32,489 nt of DNA. Source: Octopus bimaculoides. Taxonomy: Eukaryota. Location of the stretch: contig NC_068988.1 in NCBI RefSeq assembly GCF_001194135.2, positions 91,411,499-91,443,987 on the forward strand. Direction: 5' to 3'. Made by a program: the position numbers and the translations under genes. Shown here piece by piece: positions 23,517 to 32,489 of this stretch (positions within the stretch are counted from its first letter, which is position 1; each line of letters begins with the position of its first letter). The notes below the pieces were generated by a model. That model was given only the letters and a program-made list of their open reading frames with translations. It searched no databases and had not been told where the DNA came from.

Positions 23517-24792
23517 TATATATATATATATATAATTCTTTGTCTGTCTGTCTGTTTCCTCAGCATTCTCAAACAGCTCAACCAAATCAAATTAAATTTT
23601 ACAAGGTAATAGTATCAGACCCCGTGAGTGTCAACATGAAAATTGTTTTTTTCATTTGGATTAAAACAATATAATATTGGCACTGTTTCGGTATTACATG
23701 TCAAAAGTGAAAGAAGATCTATATTGTAATATATTTTGTTTCACTTTTATTCTTTCACTTTTAATTCTAATGTAATAACACTAAGATCATCTTATTTCTA
23801 TTAAATTTATGAGACTTTCAGAACAGCAAATGCATGCGGCAGCACGTCAAAAGAAGAGCGATGAGACTTTCCCAAGATCAGCAAACACATGCTGCAGTAC
23901 ATCAAATGAAGTCGCAAAACAGAAGCGAGATGAGAATTTCCCAAGAATTAGCAAAGGCATGCTGCAGCATTTAATGCTGAATCATTAAAATAATGTTTTA
24001 ATATTTAGACACAGGTCCAATAGAACAGCTCTCAGAAATAGACTATGTACAAATTCTTTCTTCACAACTCCTGGAACTGCTTTCCGATATGATCCATTCC
24101 ATTCTTATAAAAATGACAATTTTGTCCAAATTGGTGTGCTAAATTCAAATTGTCATTTCTGCAAAGCTTTAAAATTTCCAAATGAAACTAATGGCATGTG
24201 GTAAGGTAAGATTGAGCTCCTCCTCAACCACTTATAGATTTTCTGGAAGGCACTTCCATCCAGTCAAAGGACTTTCTGAACAATATCACACAATACAACC
24301 CTGCATCTCAAATGACATCATTTGGTGCATCTAAGGAAATAGCTGAACATGGATTTACGCTAACATTCAAAATTCAAGGGCAAGTCTATCACCTCATTGT
24401 TTCCTTGTTACCCACAAATGAACAACCACAGTTTCTCCAAATTTACTTTATGAGTGATGTAGGACAACAGACCCGAAGGAGGTGTCAAAACTTCAGATGA
24501 TGGGTCATGTTAGACGCAGCGCCAAATGCCGCAAAGGAAGGTATATCTACTGACAGCTCTGCAGTGCATTCAAAAATCACATGACCCCCACCTCCAATTT
24601 TCCATGACAGGCTATGGCTTGGAATTCTCCAAACGGACACATGACATCTCACTCAGTTGAATTAGCCTATACTTTACTCCACAAATATTTTGTTGTCAAT
24701 GCTGCACTTTTCCGTATCACGTGTTTCAACATAATTGTAATATATATACAAACTGCCATTTCAATCCTGAGCAACGCTGGGTATCTCTGCTA

Positions 24793-24793
<1 letters not shown>
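23517..24793 (+). mobile_element. Non-autonomous Helitron deletion derivative retaining the N-terminal part of Rep/helicase
   Basis: AFRYDP...IGVLNSNCHFCKALKFPNETNGM, then FLNNITQYNPASQMTSFGA...FKIQGQVYHLIVSLLP...FLQIYF, which are Helitron Rep N-terminal motifs. The 3' end has a degenerate hairpin (cctgagcaacgctggg, 24766-24781), CTAG at 24790-24793, then T. The 5' end (tatatataattctttgtctgtc) is approximate. Confidence 0.88.
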
Positions 24794-24824
<31 letters not shown>

Positions 24825-24826
<2 letters not shown>

Positions 24827-25030
24827 CTCTTTTATTTGTTTAATTCATTAGACTGTGGTCATGTTGGGGCATAGCCTTGAATTTTTAGTCAAATGAATCG
24901 ACCCTAGTACTTATTTTTTTAAACCTGATATTTATTCTATCATTCTCTTTTGTCAAACCACTAAATTATGGGGATGCAAGCACACCAACACCAGCTGTCA
25001 AGTGGTGGGTGAGGAGACAAACACAGAAAG

Positions 25031-25078
<48 letters not shown>

Positions 25079-25467
25079 CATGCTTTTTTCAGTTTCTTAT
25101 TTCTTTGTTGCCCACAAGGAGCTAAACATGGAGGGGACAAATGAGGACAGACAAAGGGATTAAGTCGATTACATCGACCCCAGTGCATAACTGGTATTTA
25201 ATTTATCAACCCCGAAAGGATGAAAGGCAAAGTCGACCTCAGCAGAAATTTGCACTCAGAACGTTACAGCAGACGAAATACCACTAAGCATTTTGCCCGG
25301 TGTGCTAACGTTTCTGCCAGCTCGCTGCCTTTCAGCTTCTTTCAGTTTCTGTCTACCAAATCCACTCACAAGGCTTTGGTCATCCCGAGGCTGTAATAGA
25401 AAACACTTGCCCAAAGTACCATGCAGTGGGACTGAACCCAGAACCATATAGTTGGGAAGCACAAAAC
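24825..25467 (-). mobile_element. SINE family B copy interrupted by a family A SINE
   Basis: 3' half at 24825-25035, microsatellite, then a head split at 25096/25335. Many CpG-to-TpG changes relative to the 11139 copy. Confidence 0.85.
25097..25329 (-). mobile_element. SINE family A, full length, nested, with a 15-bp TSD
   Basis: Reverse complement of the 29298-29527 sequence. Flanked by gcttttttcagtttc (25082-25096) and gcttctttcagtttc (25335-25349). Confidence 0.92.
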
Positions 25468-25562
25468 TTTTATTCTTCAGTTTTTTTTTCAAATAATAAT
25501 AATAATATATATGTATTATTCATTACAAATCTTTAGGACTTAGACATTGTTATTCATCTCTC

Positions 25563-26062
25563 CATCAGGTGCAACATGCAAGAGAAAAGACTTCACTGGT
25601 ATGGCCATGTAATGTGTATGAATAAAGACAGTTGCATCAAGAGGTGCCAATCTCTTATTATAGAAGGAGCATGTGGAAGAGGTAGACTCATGAAGACATG
25701 GGTAGACTCATGAATGACAGGGCACCGAGACTCTTGGTGGTTCGTTGTACTTGACATGTCAAGCTAAGTAAAAGCATGGTTGCCCTTGTATACAGCACAT
25801 CCCCTACAACCCTCTTCAGCTGAGCATCCCTAATCTTGCAGGCTCATAGGTGCTGGTGCCACATAAAAGGCACCTGTGCTGGTGCTGCATAAAAGCACCC
25901 AGTACATTCTGTGAAGTGGTTGGCATTAGGGAGAGCATCCAGCCATAGAATCCATGCCAAAACAGGCATGGAGCCTTAACAGCCTGTCAGCTGGTCAGTT
26001 TCTGTCAAACTGTCTAACCCATGCCTGCGTGGAAAATAGACATTAAATGATGATGATGATGA
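25563..26062 (+). mobile_element. RTE-clade LINE 3' end (RT C-terminus, 3'UTR, (GAT)n tail)
   Basis: IRCNMQEKRLHWYGHVMCMNKDSCIKRCQSLIIEGACGRGRLMKTW matches the RTE RLRWxGHVxRM...GRPRKTW motif. It ends cattaaatgatgatgatgatg. Confidence 0.85.
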
Positions 26063-26322
26063 ATCTTAAATAACATGCACTGTAAAACCTCCAACTTGCT
26101 GTTATTTGTATAAAACAAAAGAAGAACAATGAAAATAATAATAATGATGTTGGATAGTATTTTAAAAATTACTGTGCACTTAACCACTCCAATCCCTGTT
26201 ATCAGGGGAAAAAATAGATGTTGAGGTGATGATAAGATAATGATGATAATTGTCTCCTTTAGTATTTTTCCTTTTTGGGATTCTTTCTTGAAAATTTCTT
26301 TCAATTAATAAACTGTTTCATA

Positions 26323-26543
26323 TTCTTTTACTCTTACTTGTTTCAGTCATTTGACTGCGGCCATGCTGGAGCAGTCGAACAAATTGACCCCAGGACTTAT
26401 TCCTTGTAAGCCTAGTACTTATTCTGTCAGTCCCTTTTGCCGAACTGCTAAATTACAGGGATGTAAACACACTGACAAACGATGGTGGGGGTACAAACAC
26501 ACACACACACACACCCACACACACAAATATATGCATATGTATG

Positions 26544-26577
<34 letters not shown>

Positions 26578-27071
26578 AGGAGGGAGAAGACCCCCTTCGG
26601 TCATGACTGACCATGGGATTGCACCTAGAAAGTTACCTTCCAAGGCACAAGTCCAGGCAAGGTTGTTTATGGAAGACCAGCAGTCGCCCATGCATACCGC
26701 CCTCCCCTCTCCACACCACTGATGTTATCCATGGGAAAGACAAAGGTTGATACAGCTTGGCACCAGTGATGTCGCAACTCATTTCTACAGCTGAGTTAAC
26801 TGGAGCAGCGTGAAATAAAGTATCTTGCTCAAGAACACAACACGCAGCCTGGTCCGGGAATTGAATTCACAACCTCACAATCATAAGCTCAACAGTCTAA
26901 CCACTGAGCCATGCACTTTCACTCTATATACATACAACACACTTCTTTCAGTTTCCATCTACCAAATCCACTCACAAGGCTTTGGTTGGCCCAAGGTGAC
27001 ATGCAGTGGAACTGAACCTGCAACCATGTGGTTGGGAAGCAAGCTTCTTACCACACAGCCTACCTCCTGCC
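26323..27071 (-). mobile_element. SINE family B copy whose internal microsatellite contains a family C SINE
   Basis: 3' half at 26323-26520 and head at about 26940-27071, colinear with the 11139-11679 copy. Confidence 0.85.
26581..26922 (-). mobile_element. SINE family C, full length, tRNA-derived
   Basis: Minus-strand head gtgaaagtgcatggctcagtggttag (A-box) ...gaattcaattccc (B-box-like), followed by ttcttgagcaagatactttatttcac. Confidence 0.8.
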
Positions 27072-27984
27072 ACAGTCACGCCTAAATTTTTTATGAGCAA
27101 GTAGTTTTATATCTATAATTTTGAAGATATTTGAAATATGTGTCTTCCTAAAATAAATATTTTACTGGAATCAACATCTCTCTCCACCTCCCTCTTATTA
27201 AATATTCTGAAATCTTTTGAAACTCTTAACTTTTGCACATCTTGTGATTGAACTTGGTTTAATTGAGTGATAATATGGTGGCTCTCTTTTGTGTCTAAGG
27301 AAGATGTTCACTTAATTCTAAATGTCTTTTCTTTCATACACTTGAAGCCTGATTCTAATAGCAAGTCAGGTCAAAACAATTTTTGACCTGACATATTCTG
27401 ATCTGAGACTTATACTAGAGTGTCTTCTCTAAAACTCCTTGAGGAATTTAACTCGGTATTTCAATCAAACAAAACACTTCTTAATTTTACCAAACTACCA
27501 CTTCTGAGAGTAGTAACTTTTTACCTACACAAAATTACCTATTTCAAGTTTTGTGCAGTGCACATTTTGAGAATAAACCTTATTGCCAAGAATACACAGG
27601 ACCTGAACTACCAACCTCTCAGCTGTTTGTCTAATATCCTTTCCACTTGGCTATTTGTACTTTCAACAATAAATATAAATCAATAGATAATTCCAGAGAA
27701 AAAATAAAGTAAGAAATTTCTTAAAATCTAATAATATCATTTATAAAAATGTAAAATATATTTGTAAGTTCTACATTCTTGTAACATTCATTAGTGTGTA
27801 TATGCTGTTGTTTTCAATATGTGAACATTAAAGTGCTTAGTATATACTTGAGCTAAAATATTTAGAGTTGTGTGCATGTGAGGAACTCTGTATGAAAACC
27901 TATACTCTCATTTCATAGACATATCTGAAAATATCAATGATTATGACAACAGGCTTGGCTTTTTCTTTTTACTTCTGTGCATTC

Positions 27985-28090
27985 CAGTTGACAACGGGAC
28001 TGCAGTGGGTGGTAAGATGGCGCTGTCAAACTCATCCAAACCTACCCAGCATAGAAAAAGTGAACAAAAAAATGTGGACGATGATGTTAG
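27985..28090 (+). mobile_element. Possible RTE-type 3'-tail relic
   Basis: ctgtcaaactcatccaaacctacccagcatagaaaaagtgaac...gatgatg resembles 26002-26062. Confidence 0.4.
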
Positions 28091-28136
28091 TGAATTCAAG
28101 TCTCATGTGGAGCCCACTGGCACCAGACACAACATA

Positions 28137-28830
28137 CAAGGATGGGCTGAAAAGTTCATAGGTCTTTTGGTACCTGATCAAAAACACACTGGGTTGACCC
28201 ATCACAGGAAAATCTGATGTTGTTTGAGGCTGGTTTCCTTGAGCGTTTTCTAACCAAAGATGTATGCTGGCTTCATCACTTTGAGCTAGAAACAAAGAGA
28301 CAATTCATGCAATGGAAACACTCCTCCTCACTTATTCCAAAGAAAGCTAAGGTTGTTTCATCTGCAGGGAAGATGATGGCCCCAGTTTTCTGGGGTGCTG
28401 AAGGCATTGTTTGTTGGCTATGTTCAGAAGGATCACACCATCAATGGAGCATACTATGCCAACTTATTAAGGCAGCTATGAAAGGTTGTCAAGACTAAAC
28501 ACCCAGGGAAACTGATGAAAAGGGTCTTGTTTCATCAGGACAATGCTCCAGCACACAAGTCCTTGGTTTTAATGACTGACTTTCACCAGGTTGATCACCC
28601 TCCCTGGTTTCTTGATTTGGGCCCATCTGATTATCTTCTGTTCCCCAGTGCTGTTGATGACTTTTTTTGACCAACAGGATGAAAAATTCTTCACCAATGG
28701 GATCCAAGCACTGCAACTCTGATGGAAGGAGTTTGTGGACTGCAAGGAGGTCTATGTTGAAAAATACTCCTCATTTGGTTACATTCCAAGAGTATCTTGG
28801 TCAGCCTATGAGCTTTTCAGCCAAAACTTA
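28137..28830 (+). mobile_element. Internally deleted mariner (DD34D-type) with both TIRs and TA TSDs
   Basis: TA|caaggatgggctgaaaagttcatagg versus the reverse complement of the right end, TA|taagttttggctgaaaagctcatagg. Remnants: FLTKDVCWLHHFELETKRQFMQWKH, SAGKMMAPVFWGAEG, FHQDNAPAH, DLGPSDYLLFP, FFTNGIQAL..W. Confidence 0.9.
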
Positions 28831-29297
28831 TATATAAAAATGCAAGTTGCAATCTGTAACAATTCTTAGAATAGTCATGGATTGTCAAAGAATGACAACT
28901 GGTGATCAACTCCACCATGAAGTAAAATCACTGAAAATACAACCACACTCCTATCTCTGGTTTTATTTTACCTAGCTAAATGTTGGAACAGAAGTCATTC
29001 ATATCACCTATTATCTTCAAATCAGATCAACAAGTTTATAAATAATGCCAACTCTATTTTTAAAAGTTCAACAAAACAAACTCATTTAGAAATTTGGCAA
29101 CGATGGAAAAACCATTGAAAAATCTCCACTGTTTGGTGATTGTGGAAGCAATTTAAGGTGCTATCATTATCAATGAGGAAGAAAATTGCCCACAATAGAA
29201 AACAAGGCACACACTCGCTTAATTATACCCATTTTTTTCTTCTATGCTGAACAACTATTGCACTCAAATAGATTCAAAAAGTGCCAAAATATTATCT

Positions 29298-29527
29298 GGC
29301 GAGCTGGCAGAAACGTTAGCACGTCGGGTGAAATGCTTAGCGGCATTTCGGCTGCCGTTACGTTCTGAGTTCAAATTCTGCCGAGGTCGACTTTGCCTTT
29401 CATCCTTTCGGGGTCGATAAATTAAGTACCAGTTACGCACTGGGATCGATGCAATCAACTTAATCCCTCTGTCTGTCCTTGTTTGTCCCCTCTATGTTTA
29501 GCTCCTTGTGGGTAATAAAGAAATAAA
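29298..29527 (+). mobile_element. SINE family A, full length, young-looking
   Basis: tggcgagctggcagaaacgttagc...gagttcaaattc (B-box-like)...gtgggtaataaagaaata. CpGs are largely intact. Confidence 0.92.
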
Positions 29528-29556
29528 TATTCCACAGGATTTTTCAACATCTCCCT

Positions 29557-29962
29557 CATCATCATCAGTTTAGCATTCCCTTTATCATGCATGCATAGAT
29601 CAGTCAGAATTTATTCAGGTAGTTTTCTATGGCCAAATGTCTTTCTTGTTACCAACCCTCAACTGTTTCCAAGCAAGATAATTATTTCATGGTAGGACAG
29701 AAGATTGGAAATGAGGGACACTGACATTCATTTATAACTATCATGTAATGTCAAGACAAAGAAACAAACACTCACACATAGATAAATATATATAATAGGC
29801 TTCTTTCATTTTTTTTTTTTTTCCATCTACCAAATCCATTCACAAGGCTTTGGTTGACCCAGGGCTTCTGTAGATGTCACTTACCCAAGGTACTACATAA
29901 TAGAATCTGAATCTATGTGCTTGGGAAGTAAATTTCTTAACCATACAGCTATAGTTGTGCCT
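29557..29962 (-). mobile_element. SINE with a family B head and an RTE-like 3' tail ending in (GAT)n
   Basis: 29798-29962 is a B head. 29557-29620 (catcatcatcagtttagcattcc..catgcatg) resembles the reverse complement of the RTE tail at 26015-26062. Confidence 0.6.
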
Positions 29963-31384
29963 ATCCATGCCTACTCACCTAAATGTACTGGATCTATGCA
30001 ACAACCTCAAGAAAGCAAAATGACTTCAACGTGAATGGTAACATTGAATTTTTGTTGGGATAACTCCAATAATAGTGAATGCTAAAAAGAGTGAGAAATT
30101 GAAATAAAAAAGAAATCATTTGAACTTGTATATTCACAAAATTTCAGGATTTCTTCTTTGTAGTATTGCTTTCTATACATCTAAAATTGTTCGTCATCTT
30201 TTAAATTTCTCATAATATTCTAATTATGTCCTGTGTCATTTGTATAAAATACCTCATAACCTACTGAAACATCAGTGAAAACTCTAGTTATGTTTTCATA
30301 GAATAATACAAATAGAAAACTGTGGTTTCCCTATTGCTTTCTCTAGATCAATGGCAAAAATTTACATTTTTCATACAGTACCCTTTTTGATTTAGAAGTA
30401 AATTATACTTTAACACAACAGTACCCATTTAATTAGGTACATATCTTGAAGTATTTAGTTGCTTCATTTTTATATTTAAGCATTAGTGGAAAAAAATTCT
30501 ATCACTAATTTTATATTTAGGAATTACTTGTTGTTTATTTAACTATTAAAATGTTAAAATGCACATTTTTTGCAACTGAAGATTATTCAGTTATATATTT
30601 AATATCAATTAATTCCAAGCAGATATCATTTTTAATCAAAAATTGCAAGACAACACACTGCCTTTTTTTAACAGTAATGTCTTTCTTTCTTCCAACATCA
30701 GCTCAATTATATATATAAAGCTCAGCTGCTAATCATTAAATATAAATAAGTCATAAAATAACTATAAAGGTAATTATTAGCTCTCTATAGAAAATATATT
30801 TTATGTAGTTATTGCTTTATTATTTCTATTCTACTGAAATATTTCCTGAAAGCAATGATTAGCAAGTGGATTAGCGACTGTTAGGCAGTGAAGTTCCCAC
30901 ACTGTTCACACCCCACAACTTGACAGATGTCTCTGATTTTATTATTATATTATTGCAGCTAGGTTATCTGATAAAGAACTATGAATACAGACTAATTTGT
31001 CAAAGTCTCTTGCTAGGTTTTATGACTCTCCACAGCAATATATATCAATGTTCTGATTAACTTAAATGGCACAACACTTGGGAATGAAACTCATGTTCGT
31101 TTATTTCTCCACAGTGTCTTTTTACTGATAGTTTTATAATCTGTGACAAAGTGATTCTTTTATTGAGTGTAAAGAGTAATTCTCATATAAAGATGAAAGC
31201 AATATTGTTAGACATAGGAATCAATTTCTTTTAAAAGGTTATAAAATACAGTTTTTAAACATTATAGGTGTAATAAAAATTTTGTCACGCATGTCTTTTG
31301 GCATATGCATCTATCTATATATATATGCATCTATGTGCATTTGTGTATATGTATATATATATATGTGAGTGTTTATATTTATAG

Positions 31385-32062
31385 CCTGCTATCCTTCATT
31401 CTAATAAGGTGTCCAGTCCAACCTAACCAGTGCATGTGCACCATCACCTCAATACTCAAGATATCAGCTGTCCTCAAGACCTGTGTGTCTGGAGCTTTTA
31501 TGGTCCAGCCAACATTCAGAATGTGTCTCAAATATCTCTGATGAAAACGTTCAAGGACCATTACATGGCACTTGTAAAGGATCCATGTCTCACATAAGTA
31601 AAGGAGTGATTCCGGAAGGAATCAGTTGCTCTCTGCAGGATCCCTAAGCAGATGCTGTATGGGGAACTTGTGAATGGAAAGACACCCTGGCAGAAACCAA
31701 GGCTGCGATTTAAGGACTGTGTCAAGTCCTCATTAAAGGCCTGTGATTTGCAGGGGACTGACTGGGAGAGCAATGCCTGTTATCACCACAGATGGAGGAA
31801 GCAGATTAAGGAGGGGGTGGGCACTTGAGATAGCATGTATTCTGCATCAAGAACTTAAGCGTGCTGCTCGAAAGCGCACTGCTGGTGTAGTGAATGGGGA
31901 ACGCTTGGTTTGCAATGTTTGCAGTGGTGTATGCTTGTCAAGAGCAGGGCTCATTAGCCACCAACGGAGCCGCAAATGCAAAATATAAGTTTGTCCTAGA
32001 GTGCACAATGTTCCTGAATGTCAGCAATGGTCTTCCTTGGTCACGAGTGGACAGCAATCATG
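31385..32062 (+). mobile_element. 5'-truncated RTE/BovB-like LINE with an inverted 5' segment
   Basis: Minus 31636->31385 encodes SLLYLCETWILYKCHVMVLERFHQRYLRHIL...WTGHLIRMKDSR. Plus from about 31637 encodes RIPKQMLYGEL...PRLRFKDCVKSSLK...[20 protein letters not shown]. Confidence 0.9.
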
Positions 32063-32185
32063 TATATATATATAATGTTAATATATATATGTACATGTGT
32101 ATATGTATATATATGCATAAATGCACATATATGTGTGTATGTATGTATATATATGTGTGTATGTACATATATTTATATATATATA

Positions 32186-32225
<40 letters not shown>
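32063..32225. repeat. (TA)/(TG) compound microsatellite
   Basis: Direct reading. Confidence 0.93.
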
Positions 32226-32226
<1 letters not shown>

Positions 32227-32489
32227 CAGGACATCCCATAAGTTCTGTCCGAATTTTGAATAAAGAAAACAAGTGATCAAATGTTATATTTAATTGAAAT
32301 TTAATCATCAATGTACTTTCCCTGATTATCTATGACTTCCTTCCATCTATTTAGAAGCTTTTTAATCCCATCAATGTAAAACTCTTTTGGTTTCAAAGCG
32401 AAGAACTCTGAAATGTCAGTTTCGACCTCCTCCTGGCTTGCAAAATTATGTCCCCCAAATGATTCTGTAAACTACGAAACAAATGGTAG
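32226..32489 (-). mobile_element. Mariner transposase 3' end and TIR, continuing beyond the window
   Basis: YHLFRSLQNHL, frameshift, [48 protein letters not shown]. The terminus is TA|tcaggacatcccataagttctgtccg. Confidence 0.88.

Noticed and set aside
27420-27686. 88-aa plus-strand ORF and an overlapping short open minus frame
   Set aside because: No recognisable domain, weak splice signals, and an AT-rich composition consistent with chance.

Overview
This is a eukaryotic, AT-rich, microsatellite-dense draft scaffold with 8 N-gaps. The SINE and LINE families resemble octopus (cephalopod) repeats as I recall them; that is an inference, not a database result. No intact host protein-coding gene is supported, and nearly all ORFs in the track are microsatellite or N-gap read-through or antisense to dead transposons. 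The window is a transposon graveyard. Retroelement relics are a Ty3/Gypsy with gag joined directly to integrase, a CR1-like LINE 3' end, several RTE-type LINE 3' ends (one with a twin-priming-like 5' inversion) and a three-C2H2-finger fragment. DNA transposon relics are a DD37D (maT), a Tc1, two mariners and an internally deleted Helitron. Three tRNA-derived SINE families occur as many copies, some nested. Other structure includes two long hairpin palindromes, a degenerate foldback element, a 39-bp minisatellite, a candidate RFX/NF-Y promoter near 21.6-22.3 kb, and a sharp drop in CpG to the right of about 23-25 kb that suggests a methylated gene body. I found no convincing new biological system. 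All translations, alignments and counts were done by hand, so relic boundaries are approximate.
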